In this document: positions 19,493 through 29,442 of the stretch, in pieces
Layout of the letters: each line of letters starts with the position of its first letter
Numbering within the stretch: the stretch's first letter is position 1
Assembly (NCBI GenBank): GCA_963674865.2
Contig: CAXXYE010000009.1
Location: 1,760,001-1,824,000 of the forward strand
Reading direction: 5' to 3'
Source of the DNA: Candidatus Hydrogenedentota bacterium
GTDB lineage: Bacteria > Hydrogenedentota > Hydrogenedentia > Hydrogenedentales > SLHB01
Length of the DNA stretch: 64,000 bases
Notes under the pieces: model-generated
The model's input: the letters and a program-made list of their open reading frames with translations, nothing else
Told to the model about the DNA's origin: nothing
The model's database searches: none
Position numbers and translations under genes: made by a program

Positions 19493-19642
19493 TCAAGCGT
19501 CCTCTTCGCAATACCCCTTCGACTCGCACTTGTCCTGCGCCATGTCCGAACACCCGGTGGTGTACGTCTTCAACGCCAGGCAGGCTTCGCAGGTGGATTG
19601 AGCTCGGCTCGGGAGTTTGCTTGTCACACTGATGTGCTTCAT
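19493..19642 (-). CDS. 49-aa five-cysteine peptide, copy 1 (MKHISVTSKLPSRAQSTCEACLALKTYTTGCSDMAQDKCESKGYCEEDA)
   Basis: Translated by hand; AAGGAGGGGG RBS; paralog at 28992..29141 differs mostly at synonymous sites. Confidence 0.82.
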   Translation of the reverse strand: MKHISVTSKLPSRAQSTCEACLALKTYTTGCSDMAQDKCESKGYCEEDA

Positions 19643-19752
19643 CTCTGCCCCCTCCTTGTCGACTACCAGTATAGAACGATGCCGTCACTTCTCAGGCACA
19701 GTCTCAAGAACTGGTATCGTTCGTGAACGAGGGCACTTATTATGCTTCGCGT

Positions 19753-22700
19753 CTATATGTCGGATTTTCTGGAAGCGCGGCCCGCTATGCCCAGTCCCAC
19801 AAGCGCAAGTGTCAGTAGGACAACTCCTAGAAGTCCCATTGTCGGTAACTCTTCTCCTTCTGTGACGACTAGTTCATTCGTGGTGCCATCGCTGCCCGCG
19901 TTCCCCACCGCATCAGTTCCTGTAGCCGACACATCATAGACGCCATCGGCCAGGGAAGTCAGGATATTGTCGGCCAACGTCCATGTCCCGTCCCCGTTGT
20001 TCGTGGCTGGATTAGTCTGGCCGTCTACCGTGACCGATAGGCTCGCGGTTGCGTCATCTATCGTACCCGTCAACTCCGGCGTATCGTCGTCGGTGGTCAG
20101 GTTGTTGACCGTCACCGACGGCGCCGTGTTGTCCACATTGACCGTTGCACTCGGGCCGGCGGCTCCCGCCGTATTCCCCGCCAAGTCCGAAGCCGTTAGA
20201 GTGCCAATCGAGATGCCTAGTGTCCCGTCGCCGCTTATGCCCGAGATGGTGACCGTCCGCGTCGCCGTGGCTGAACCGGTAACGTTGACCGAGCCGGTGG
20301 CGGTGCCCGTCGTGTTCAGGGACACATCGCCGTTCGCTAATGTGACAGAGTCCGCCCCCGTATAGGTGATTGTGTACGTCACGGGCCCTGTATTCGTATT
20401 TGTCAACGAGGATGCGCTGATGGACACGCCAGGCGCCGTGTTATCTACATTAAAGGTCGCACTGGGGCCAGCGGTTCCGGCCGTATTCCCTGCCAAGTCC
20501 GAAGCCGTTAGGGCGCCAATCGAGATGCCTAGTGTTCCGTCGCCGCTTATGCTCGAGATGGTGACCGTCCGCGTCGCCGTGCCTGAACCTGTAACATTGA
20601 CCGCGCCGGTGGCGGTGCCCGTCGTGTTCAGAGACACATCGCCGTTCGCTAATGTGACAGAGTCCGCCCCCGTGTAGGTGATTGTGTACGTCGCGGGCCC
20701 TGTATTCGTGTCTGCCACCGAAGGGGCGCCAATAGCCACAATAGGCGCCGTGTTATCTACGTTGAAAGTTGTACTGGGACCTGCAGTCCCGGCCGTATTT
20801 CCTGCCAAGTCCGAAGCCGTCAGGGCTCCAATCAAGATGCCTAGTGTCCCGTCGCCGCTTATGCTTGAGATGGTGACCGTCCGCGTCGCCGTGCCTGAAC
20901 CTGTAACATTGACCGCGCCGGTGGCGGTGCCCGTCGTGTTCAGAGACACATCGCCGTTCGCCAATGTGACAGAGTCCGCCCCCGTATAGGTGATTGTGTA
21001 CGTCACGGGCCCTGTATCCGTGTCTGTCACCGAAGGGGCGCCAATAGTCACTATAGGCGCTATCTTATCAATAGCGTAGCTCTCTCCAGCAGTATAATCT
21101 CCATTGCTTGCGCCCGCGCCACCCAACGCATTGCTCGCGGCATCTTGAATCGAATCGTCATCTGACACATCGATACTAAGTGTCCCGTTTCCAGAACCTG
21201 TGTTTACAGAAACCGTGTACGTATCCCCACTGCCCGATACGCCCGTAACTGATGCGCCTGACACACCGGTGGCGTCAACAGCGAAATCAGTGGTGTCTAC
21301 GCCTGTGACGCTCTCGCTGAAAACGACCGTGAAGTCGACAGAAGATGCATTCGTGGGACTACTATCCGCACGTGTGAGGGATTGGACCGCAGGAGGCGTT
21401 GTGTCGTCTAGAAGTTTAAGGACACAGACATCCTGTCCCCCGGCCGATGTCAGATTATACGTGCCGGCCCCCGGGTCAAAGTCGGCCGTTCCGCCGAAAT
21501 CACCGCTGGCGTAAACGTTGCCAGTGCTGTCAAGTGCGACGCCCCATAGGCCGTCGTTTCCGCCGCCGCCCACGGCCTTGGCCCAGACGAAACCTCCGCT
21601 CGAATCAAGTTTCAACACGTATGCGTCATTCAATCCCACCGCAGTGAGGTTATAAGTGCCCGCGCCCGGATCGAAATCAACCGTATTCCAGAACCCGCCA
21701 ACCGTATACAGGTTATTCGAGCTATCCAACGTTACAGCTTTGCACCTGTCATTGTTTGCGGCGCCCACGCGCTTAGCCCATACAAAACTCCCACTAGAGT
21801 CCAGTTTTAGCACAAAGGCGTCCTGCCCCCCCGCCGATGTCAGATTATACGTGCCGGCGCCCGGGTCAAAATCGGCCGTGCTACCGAAATCGCCGGTGAC
21901 GTAAACGTTGCCGCCACTGTCAAGTGCGACGTACTCTGAGCCGTCGTTTCCGACGCCGCCCACGGCCTTGGCCCAGACGAAACCTCCGCTCGAATCAAGT
22001 TTGCACACGAATGTGTCATTCAATCCCGCTGCAGTGAGGTTCTGAGTTCCTGCACCCGGATCGAAATCAACCGTATTCCAAAACCAACCAACCGTATACA
22101 CGTTATTCGAGCCATCCAACACTAAACCTCTGGCCATATCATTACTTGCGGCGCCCATGCGCTTAGCCCATACGAAGTTTCCACTAGAGTCCAGTTTTGA
22201 CACGAAAATATCTTGTGTTCCTGCCGATGTCAGGTTATACGTGCCGGCGCCCGGGTCAAAATCGGCCGTTCCGCCGAAATCGCCTGATATGTAGACACTA
22301 CCTGAGCCATCAACAGCGATACCCCATCCCCCTTCATTTGCAGAGGCACCGCCCATGGCCCTGGCCCATGCAAAACTCCCACTCGAATCCAGCTTACAAA
22401 CGAATATGTCACACAAGCCAGATGATGTGAGATTTGAAGTGCCCACGCCCGGATCAAAGTCTACTGTACCACTAAAACTACCAGTAATATACACATTGGT
22501 GGAGTCGTCGAAAGCTATCCCATAGCATTCATCCGTGCCCGCCGCGCCTATAGCATGTGCCCATACAAGACCGCCATTGGCATTCAGCTTCGACACGAAT
22601 ATGTCCGTGCCCCCTGCCGAAGTGAGATTGAGACTGCCTACGCCCGGATCGAAGTCAACGGTTCCCTGAAACTTGCCGACAAAATAGACGTTACCAGAAT

Positions 22701-22899
22701 CGTCTACACGACTATTGTACGAGTACTCACTGCTTGTGCCGCCTATCCGGTCCGCCCAAAGGAAGGAACCCTGGGCAAAGCTGTTACTTGCGTGAAGTAT
22801 TGATATGAATGTAATAATTGATGAGATTAGGAGACAGGCCGCAACCCGACTCCGGCCAACTTGGATCACAACATGTTTTTGTTCTAGGTCTCTCACCAT
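19753..22899 (-). CDS. Large surface protein: SBBP beta-propeller repeats, Ig-like repeats and IPTL-CTERM-like tail
   Basis: About seven 65-aa repeats (DSSGNVY.TG.F.GT.DFDPG.G..NLTSAG; 390-bp DNA period for pairs), three 104-aa repeats (312-bp period), tail LPTMGLLGVVLLTLALVGLGIAGRASRK. Confidence 0.9.
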   Translation of the reverse strand: MVRDLEQKHVVIQVGRSRVAACLLISSIITFISILHASNSFAQGSFLWADRIGGTSSEYSYNSRVDDSGNVYFVGKFQGTVDFDPGVGSLNLTSAGGTDIFVSKLNANGGLVWAHAIGAAGTDECYGIAFDDSTNVYITGSFSGTVDFDPGVGTSNLTSSGLCDIFVCKLDSSGSFAWARAMGGASANEGGWGIAVDGSGSVYISGDFGGTADFDPGAGTYNLTSAGTQDIFVSKLDSSGNFVWAKRMGAASNDMARGLVLDGSNNVYTVGWFWNTVDFDPGAGTQNLTAAGLNDTFVCKLDSSGGFVWAKAVGGVGNDGSEYVALDSGGNVYVTGDFGSTADFDPGAGTYNLTSAGGQDAFVLKLDSSGSFVWAKRVGAANNDRCKAVTLDSSNNLYTVGGFWNTVDFDPGAGTYNLTAVGLNDAYVLKLDSSGGFVWAKAVGGGGNDGLWGVALDSTGNVYASGDFGGTADFDPGAGTYNLTSAGGQDVCVLKLLDDTTPPAVQSLTRADSSPTNASSVDFTVVFSESVTGVDTTDFAVDATGVSGASVTGVSGSGDTYTVSVNTGSGNGTLSIDVSDDDSIQDAASNALGGAGASNGDYTAGESYAIDKIAPIVTIGAPSVTDTDTGPVTYTITYTGADSVTLANGDVSLNTTGTATGAVNVTGSGTATRTVTISSISGDGTLGILIGALTASDLAGNTAGTAGPSTTFNVDNTAPIVAIGAPSVADTNTGPATYTITYTGADSVTLANGDVSLNTTGTATGAVNVTGSGTATRTVTISSISGDGTLGISIGALTASDLAGNTAGTAGPSATFNVDNTAPGVSISASSLTNTNTGPVTYTITYTGADSVTLANGDVSLNTTGTATGSVNVTGSATATRTVTISGISGDGTLGISIGTLTASDLAGNTAGAAGPSATVNVDNTAPSVTVNNLTTDDDTPELTGTIDDATASLSVTVDGQTNPATNNGDGTWTLADNILTSLADGVYDVSATGTDAVGNAGSDGTTNELVVTEGEELPTMGLLGVVLLTLALVGLGIAGRASRKSDI

Positions 22900-23055
22900 T
22901 CCTTCCTCCTCCAGTATTCAGTGCAATTCCCCATATGGAACCCCGCACACCTTCACCAGGCAACTTCTGTTCGTGATACCCCGCGAACCGTGTTGGCCAC
23001 TTCAAGCGCTGCCACGACATAATGTGCACCCCCCTTTGAGGGGACATCCGCCCGG

Positions 23056-23070
23056 GCACGCGTTGCGCCA
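23056..23070 (-). promoter_or_regulatory. Possible sigma-54 (-24/-12) promoter for the SBBP surface-protein gene
   Basis: TGGCGCAACGCGTGC (GG-N10-GC) about 157 bp upstream of ATG 22899; imperfect match. Confidence 0.3.
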
Positions 23071-23450
23071 TCGGATACCGAACACCCGTTGACTTTGAAG
23101 CCCAACTCATGGCAAAAAGCATCCGTCCCTGCGTGTCCGCAAATTCGGGGTAACTCCACTTCATTCCCTTACTGGGCTTGAAGAGGGAATCCCGAGTTTT
23201 CGCATGGTTCCCCTAGACCGGCATTCAACCCTAACCATGGAACAGCAAGACCTGTGCCCAGTCCAGGACAGAAGAGGGGAGAACGGGGTAAGCCCCTGGG
23301 GGACAGAGCGATATAGCAGGGAAGGCAGTGCCAAAGGCACACGCGATATTTGACGAGTTTCTCTGTTCTTCCAATGCTTTGGAAAAACAGAGAAACTCGC
23401 AGCAGATGTCACACCGGGAAGCCGAGAACCAGTGCCAAAGTGGTCCTAGA

Positions 23451-25328
23451 CTAAGCTCCGATGTTGAATTTAGAGAGCTTCTTGTAAAGTGTACTGACGC
23501 CCACGTGGAGCACTTGGGCCGCCTTGCGCACATCCCCGTCGCAAAGCTTGAGCACGGCCGAGATGTGGCTCTTTTCCGCCTCGCGGAGACTTTGAAGAGG
23601 CCCGTCCGGTTCGTCAGCAGCCAGAGGTTCAGGTCGGAGAAGGAGGTCGCGAAGTCCAATAACATCATCCCCTGCAACCGCCACCGCCCTCAATATGGTG
23701 TTGCGAAGCTCGCGGACGTTGCCGGGCCAGGCCCGGGATTGAAGGTGCTCGAGAGCCTCGGGCGCGATGCCTTTCAGCACATGCCGCGCTTGGCTTCTCG
23801 CCAATTCAAAGAAGTGATGGGCGAGAACCGGGATGTCGGCAGGGCGGTCGCGAAGGGGGGGGATGTGGATCTCAAAACCATTGAGCCGGTAGAAAAGATC
23901 TTCGCGGAACTCCCCCCGCTTGATCTTCTCATGCAAATCCGCGTTAGTGGCTGCCACTACGCGCATGTCAACATACGTCTCCTTCTTCGCGCCGACGCCG
24001 CGGAATGTTCCACTCTCGATCGCGCGGAGTATCCGCGCTTGGCACTCAAGACTCATGTCGCCGACTTCGTCCAAGAACAGTGTGCCCCCATGTGCCTGCG
24101 TCAATAGACCGATATGAGAATTGACGGCGCCGGTAAAAGCGCCTTTCTTGTGTCCAAAGAGCTGGCTCTCGAGGAGGTCGCCTGGAACGGCTGCGCAATT
24201 CACTACAATGAAAGGCCCTGAAGAGCGGCGCGATTGCGCGTACAACGTACGAGCAGCGAGTTCTTTGCCTGTTCCCGTCTCACCGATGAAGAGCACGTTC
24301 AACTCGGAACCCGCCGCCTTGGCAATCGCCTCTTGAACGCGCAGCATTGCATCGCTGGCGCCTACCAGGATCGGTGACTCATTAGCCCGCGCCCGGAAGT
24401 AAGCGGTGTCCTTTTCAAGCCGTTCAATGTTCTCAATGGCGTGAATGAAAGGGGCCAGAGATTTCGCTAGCAGAGCCAGAAACTCGAGTTCGTACTCGGC
24501 ATCGTAGCCTTCGCGTGGCGTCATCTTCACAGCAATGGCCGCGATGTTGATCCCGCCAACACTGACCGGCATGACCATGGTAAACAACCGGCCGCTATGG
24601 CCTGCCCGCAGGCTTTCCTCGGCAAGCATAATGCCCCTGTGCTCACGAAGAGCAGCGCGAATTGTCTGTAGGGGCGCGCGTTCGCTTGGGTCCTGACCGG
24701 AACTGAAGGTAGGATAAAACACAAGGTCGTCCCCATTGAACGCCCGGGCAATCCAAAGGGACTGTGGATTCAATATGTCATTTAGCCATCGTCCAATCCG
24801 CGCCATAAGTTCCGCCACGGAATCGCAGGTGCTCAAATCGAAGGCAACGTCATGAAGCAGGGAAAATTCCCGCACCGTTCGAGGCCTCAACCTGTGCGAC
24901 AATTCAGAATCATCACACTTCACGGAGACGAGTTCCTTGCCGGAAAGGCCGCCCGTTTCAGACTCCTCTGCGTTCTGACTATTGGCCCCTCGCTTCTTAG
25001 GCTCCGCGGCAACGACAAACAACTCGCTCCCAAGAGCGATCTCATCGCCAACCATTAAAACCACTTCCTCAGACGGCACGCCGTTTACCAAAGCCAGGTT
25101 GCGGCTTCCCAAATCTTGGAAATGAAGGCTGCTTCCATCGTTAGCGATCCGGCAGTGCTTTCGCGACACGATAGAATCCTCGACGCAGATGTCGCATTCA
25201 GAGCCCCGTCCCATAACGAGAGGCCTTTCCCCAATGGCCCAGATGGCGCCCTTGTTTTTCCCGGATATTCCGACAATGCCAACGATCACGGTGCTTCCTT
25301 CTCCTGTTCTCGGGTGATCTGAAAGCAC
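23451..25328 (-). CDS. FHA-GAF-AAA+-HTH sigma-54 enhancer-binding protein
   Basis: FHA motifs (GR, VSRKHC, DLGSRN..VNG), [29 protein letters not shown]-terminal Fis-type HTH. Confidence 0.92.
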   Translation of the reverse strand: MLSDHPRTGEGSTVIVGIVGISGKNKGAIWAIGERPLVMGRGSECDICVEDSIVSRKHCRIANDGSSLHFQDLGSRNLALVNGVPSEEVVLMVGDEIALGSELFVVAAEPKKRGANSQNAEESETGGLSGKELVSVKCDDSELSHRLRPRTVREFSLLHDVAFDLSTCDSVAELMARIGRWLNDILNPQSLWIARAFNGDDLVFYPTFSSGQDPSERAPLQTIRAALREHRGIMLAEESLRAGHSGRLFTMVMPVSVGGINIAAIAVKMTPREGYDAEYELEFLALLAKSLAPFIHAIENIERLEKDTAYFRARANESPILVGASDAMLRVQEAIAKAAGSELNVLFIGETGTGKELAARTLYAQSRRSSGPFIVVNCAAVPGDLLESQLFGHKKGAFTGAVNSHIGLLTQAHGGTLFLDEVGDMSLECQARILRAIESGTFRGVGAKKETYVDMRVVAATNADLHEKIKRGEFREDLFYRLNGFEIHIPPLRDRPADIPVLAHHFFELARSQARHVLKGIAPEALEHLQSRAWPGNVRELRNTILRAVAVAGDDVIGLRDLLLRPEPLAADEPDGPLQSLREAEKSHISAVLKLCDGDVRKAAQVLHVGVSTLYKKLSKFNIGA

Positions 25329-25376
25329 CCTTGCGCTGGTGGCCCCATTCTCGCAGTGGAAATCATGTGTTCGCCC

Positions 25377-28300
25377 TCAAGGGTCCAAAGCCAGGTGTTC
25401 CTGCAAACTGAGAAGCCCCTCTTGAAAAACGGCGGACTCATCGCGGAGCGCGACGCTCTCCGATTGAACAGAGGCCATCCAGGCGGTGGAATAGGCTGAC
25501 GCGACATCGCCGGAGAAGTGCAACACGCGCCCGTCGGCTGAGAACGCCGCAGGCCATTGCCCCTCCTGCTCGAGAACGATTAGTTCCCGCCCGTCCGACA
25601 CTGCATGAACGGACACTTCATTGGGAATGGCAACCAGGGCAAAGCGATCTCCAGCGGGATGCATAGCCACTTGGAGGGCTTGCGTCTTGAGCAAACGCCA
25701 TACCTCGCGCCGTTCGTCCAAGTCCCACAAGAACGGCTGGGTACGGGAGCCCAGAACGATCGCGCCCCGCGAATCGGGCGTGAAAGTTATCTCCCACGGG
25801 ATGCCTATTTCGGCTTCGTGCTCTGAGACAATACCCCCTGAGCCAGCGTCCATGACATGAAGCACGCCCTCATCGCCGCTGACCGCTCGCCCGGCGGCGA
25901 GCCAGCGGCCGTCAGGGCTGTACGCCAGCGCGTAGACGGGATGCGGCGCCCGGTCGGTCGTTAGTATGCACTGGCCATTACTTGTATCGAGCACGCGGAT
26001 TTCATATTCGCGGCCCGCGCGGGGAATGTGGTCTCCCGTCCCAACGGCCAGACGCGCACTGTCCGGCGAGAAGGCTACGGCAAAGAACTGTTCCTCCGCG
26101 TCTTCCACGGTTAGAACAGGCTCTTGTGTCGCCGTGCGCCAGATTTTGACCGTACCCTCCACAGAGGCTGAAGCCAATAATTGATCGTCGCTGCTGAACG
26201 CCAGCCCTCTGACGCAGGCCTTGTGAGCCTCCCATGTCGCGGCGAGTTTGAAAGAAGGTACATCCCACAAGAACAATCGCCCGTGCGTGTCGGTGGTAGC
26301 CAGATACCGCACGAGATTCCCGAAGGCAAAAACCCTCCCCCCACCAGGCTTTATCTGTGGCAGTTCCAACGATACCGGGTTCCCATCCGCTCCGACAATT
26401 GGAATTCTCTCAGAATAGCAGTCTTCGAGAACCGACCATAGTTTGACTTCACTTGCATCAACACCGGCCACACAGGCCCCATTCGGGCTGAAGGCAAGGA
26501 AATTCAGCGCCATAGAATGACCTTGGCGGCGTCCGAGGAGTTCACCCGTATCGCCGCGCCACAACGCCAACGTGTCCCCGGAACCGAGGGCAACGATCCG
26601 CCCTCCAGGACTTATAGCCACGGCACTAGGCCAGTCTCTCGTCGCTCCTTCGAGTTCGGCTACTTTCTCCTCGCTGCTTATATTCCAGACTTCCACGTTG
26701 CCAAACTCGGATTGTATGACCACATTCTTGCTCTTGGAGTCATATGCCGCCAACCAGTTCCGCACGGGCATCAGCGCAGTCTGCTCGCCGGTGTCGACGT
26801 CTAAGACACCCAAGTGTTCGTCAACAAAGAGAAGCCGTCGGTTGGCGTCAAGGAATCCAAGTACTTGCCCGCGCGGTCGCCGGTGTCGTTCCGCCCACTC
26901 GGGCTCGGTGGTGGTATTACCTGTTGACTCCGGCGGCCTGTATGAGGCCATCTGGAATCGTCCTTTCTCTGAACCGGTTGAAGGGTCCCAGATAATGACC
27001 TCCCTCGTTCCCCTTTCGTCATTCAGATTGTAGCCGGCAGCTAACTCTCGACTTGGACTAAGGATAAACGAGCGCAACGCGCCGGCCCCGCTGTCAAAAC
27101 GGGCGAGGCTCTCCCCTGTCTGCAGGTCGAGGATCTCCACAACATGGCGGCCAGTGGCTACGGACACTTGAGAACCGTCTCCGAGGAATTGCGTGCACTC
27201 ACGCCAGCCCGGATACGGACCTATCACACGAACAGTTTCACCCTGTTGAATGTCAAAAAGGGACTTTGTCAAGTAACCTGGCCGGTCATCAAGGATGTAG
27301 CGGGAGTCTGGACTGAAGATAGCCTTGTATAACGAGCCGGGCGGCATGCCTTGAACCTGCCCCACGCGCAACGTCAGCAAAGCTGGACTACTTCGACGCA
27401 AGAGGCTCCCCCACTCCCAGCCGCGGTGTTTGGCGGGACAACGCCAAAGCAACTGCCGGCCCCTAACATACGCCCCCTCATCCAGGCGCTTTTGGGCCAT
27501 GCCCAAGAGAGCGCTGTAATTCTCCCAGACCAGCTGCCGGTTGGCCTCTTCGGCGGCGAGACGCTGGGCGCGCTCGCGGTCGTGCGCCTCGACGACCTGA
27601 ACGTAGGAGATAATGCCCATTACAAGAAGGATGAGGAACGCTGCGGCTGCCGTCCTGATCAACGTCCCGTGGCGGCGGGCAAATCGGGACAGACGCTCGA
27701 CTGGAGTATAACGATGCGCCTGGACCATCGCGCCGGAAAGATATCGAAGGACTTCGTCTGCAAGTTCCTTTGCGGAGGGATACCGATCTTCTGGGGCCTT
27801 CTTCATTGCTTGACGGCACACCGCGGCAAGCTCAACCGGTGCGTTGCGCTCAATGGACTTAACCGGTGGGGGGGCTTCTGTCCTGATCTTTTCGAGAATC
27901 TCGGCGGAAGACTCACATTCGAACGGGCGGCGCCCTGTGAGCAGTTCGTAGAGTACTACGCCCAAGGAAAAAACATCAGATGCCTCAGTAACTTGTTCGA
28001 CATCTCCAGAGGCCTGCTCAGGAGACATGTAGCTGGGCGTTCCCAGAACTTTCCCGCCCTCTGTATGATAACCTTGCTCCGTTGTTGGACTAGAAGGCAG
28101 GTCCGCTATGGGCAACTCCTTCGAATCTTTAGTCTTGGCAAGACCCCAATCGACCACAATCGTTTCGCCGAATTCACCCAGCATAACGTTGGACGGTTTA
28201 ATATCGCGGTGAAGCACACCGTGACTGTGCGCATAGGCGATGGCCTGGCAGAGGTCAAGGTAGTGTGAAAGAAGCTCCATGCGTTTGGGCAAGGTCTTTG

Positions 28301-28760
28301 CGGTGGCGATGGCACGCCCCAAAGTGTGCCCGCGGACGAACTTCATCGTGTAGAAAAGAGTGTCGTCCTCTCGCCGGGCGAGTTCGTGAACCGGTACAAT
28401 GGATGGATGTTCAAGCTGACCGGTGATCCGAGCTTCCCGCAGGAATCGCGCGGCCATGGCCTCGCTCAGTCTGCGGGTTGTCTCTGCGTCCAGCGTCTCG
28501 GACTCTGGTGCACTTGCGAGTATAAGTTCCTTGAGGGCGATGTCCCGGTCCAGATACTCGTCGTGGACCAACAGAACCCGGCCCATACCGCCCCTGGCAT
28601 ACTCGGTGATTCTCCTATAGCGCGCCGCGGTCCTAGTGACAGGAGGTAACGAACCTAGGGCAATACTCTCAACCTCGCTAGAAGAGCCCCCGTCCGCCGT
28701 TACGTCCCCCAGGTCCTGGGTCTTCGGACTGTTCTCGTCACCGGTGGTTCCGTCTTCCAT
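25377..28760 (-). CDS. Hanks-type Ser/Thr protein kinase with TM segment and WD40 repeats
   Basis: RGGMGRV, IALKE, HRDIKPSN, DWGLAK, GTPSYMSPEQA; TM AAAAFLILLVMGIISY; repeats such as AFSSDDQLLASAS.EGTVKIW. Confidence 0.93.
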   Translation of the reverse strand: MEDGTTGDENSPKTQDLGDVTADGGSSSEVESIALGSLPPVTRTAARYRRITEYARGGMGRVLLVHDEYLDRDIALKELILASAPESETLDAETTRRLSEAMAARFLREARITGQLEHPSIVPVHELARREDDTLFYTMKFVRGHTLGRAIATAKTLPKRMELLSHYLDLCQAIAYAHSHGVLHRDIKPSNVMLGEFGETIVVDWGLAKTKDSKELPIADLPSSPTTEQGYHTEGGKVLGTPSYMSPEQASGDVEQVTEASDVFSLGVVLYELLTGRRPFECESSAEILEKIRTEAPPPVKSIERNAPVELAAVCRQAMKKAPEDRYPSAKELADEVLRYLSGAMVQAHRYTPVERLSRFARRHGTLIRTAAAAFLILLVMGIISYVQVVEAHDRERAQRLAAEEANRQLVWENYSALLGMAQKRLDEGAYVRGRQLLWRCPAKHRGWEWGSLLRRSSPALLTLRVGQVQGMPPGSLYKAIFSPDSRYILDDRPGYLTKSLFDIQQGETVRVIGPYPGWRECTQFLGDGSQVSVATGRHVVEILDLQTGESLARFDSGAGALRSFILSPSRELAAGYNLNDERGTREVIIWDPSTGSEKGRFQMASYRPPESTGNTTTEPEWAERHRRPRGQVLGFLDANRRLLFVDEHLGVLDVDTGEQTALMPVRNWLAAYDSKSKNVVIQSEFGNVEVWNISSEEKVAELEGATRDWPSAVAISPGGRIVALGSGDTLALWRGDTGELLGRRQGHSMALNFLAFSPNGACVAGVDASEVKLWSVLEDCYSERIPIVGADGNPVSLELPQIKPGGGRVFAFGNLVRYLATTDTHGRLFLWDVPSFKLAATWEAHKACVRGLAFSSDDQLLASASVEGTVKIWRTATQEPVLTVEDAEEQFFAVAFSPDSARLAVGTGDHIPRAGREYEIRVLDTSNGQCILTTDRAPHPVYALAYSPDGRWLAAGRAVSGDEGVLHVMDAGSGGIVSEHEAEIGIPWEITFTPDSRGAIVLGSRTQPFLWDLDERREVWRLLKTQALQVAMHPAGDRFALVAIPNEVSVHAVSDGRELIVLEQEGQWPAAFSADGRVLHFSGDVASAYSTAWMASVQSESVALRDESAVFQEGLLSLQEHLALDP

Positions 28761-28991
28761 AGGCCCTCGTATACGCTATAGCTAGAACCGGCTCTATGAG
28801 CCCTTGGATGCAATAGCCACCTGATGCGGGCGGCTTCGGCTCACGTTGATTGCCTCCCTACGCGTGCCCAAGACTCCCTTGTACAAGATTAGCGCGACAA
28901 TGGCCCAGATCACAATGTCACCCCCCTGCTGGCCCTCGCCGAGGCCCATACCGGTAGGCCGCTATTGGCCGCAGGCGGATAAACGCGGCCG

Positions 28992-29141
28992 TCACGTGTC
29001 CTCTTCGCAGCTCCCCTTCGATTCGCACTTGTCCTGCGCCATGTCCGAACACCCGGTGGTGTACGTCTTCAGTGCCAGGCACGCTTCGCAGGTCGATTGA
29101 GCTTGGCTCGGGAGTTTGCTTGTCACGCTGATGTGCTTCAT
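28992..29141 (-). CDS. 49-aa five-cysteine peptide, copy 2 (MKHISVTSKLPSQAQSTCEACLALKTYTTGCSDMAQDKCESKGSCEEDT)
   Basis: Translated by hand; AGGAGGGGG RBS; promoter-like sequence directly upstream. Confidence 0.84.
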   Translation of the reverse strand: MKHISVTSKLPSQAQSTCEACLALKTYTTGCSDMAQDKCESKGSCEEDT

Positions 29142-29162
29142 CCTTGCCCCCTCCTGACTACC

Positions 29163-29191
29163 AGTATAGGCCGATGCCGATTTCCTGACAA
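29163..29191 (-). promoter_or_regulatory. Sigma-70-like promoter of peptide copy 2
   Basis: TTGTCA-17 bp-TATACT on the minus strand; the TATACT is also conserved upstream of copy 1 (19668..19673). Confidence 0.55.
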
Positions 29192-29442
29192 CCCATGACG
29201 GGCTTCCTCGTGGCGGCGCCCCGGTGTATCAATCCGCAATGCCCTCTCCCAGCGAGCGAGCCGTTACCGTTAGCATTACGGAATTGTAATGTAACGGCCC
29301 GGCTTCCCTTCATTTTTCGCTGCTATAAACCTTATCGAAGCGGCACACGGAAGCGCCCGGCAGAGCGAAGGCGGAAGGGGCGCCGCCGTCAGCCGCGCTC
29401 GAAGGGCAACGGCAGCTCGCAGTCAGAACGGAGGCTACAGTC

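Noticed and set aside
19493..19642. Calling the peptide a true SCIFF/ranthipeptide precursor
   Set aside because: It has five Cys with different spacing, lacks the CQxSCQSACKTSC core, and has no adjacent radical SAM gene. Kept only as an analogy.
22953..23164. Possible IS200-like transposase remnant upstream of the SBBP gene
   Set aside because: No convincing HUH motif or terminal hairpins; the short ORFs lack recognisable features.
23321..23440. TGGCAC motifs on the minus strand as sigma-54 promoters
   Set aside because: No GC at the required distance of 10 nt after the GG.
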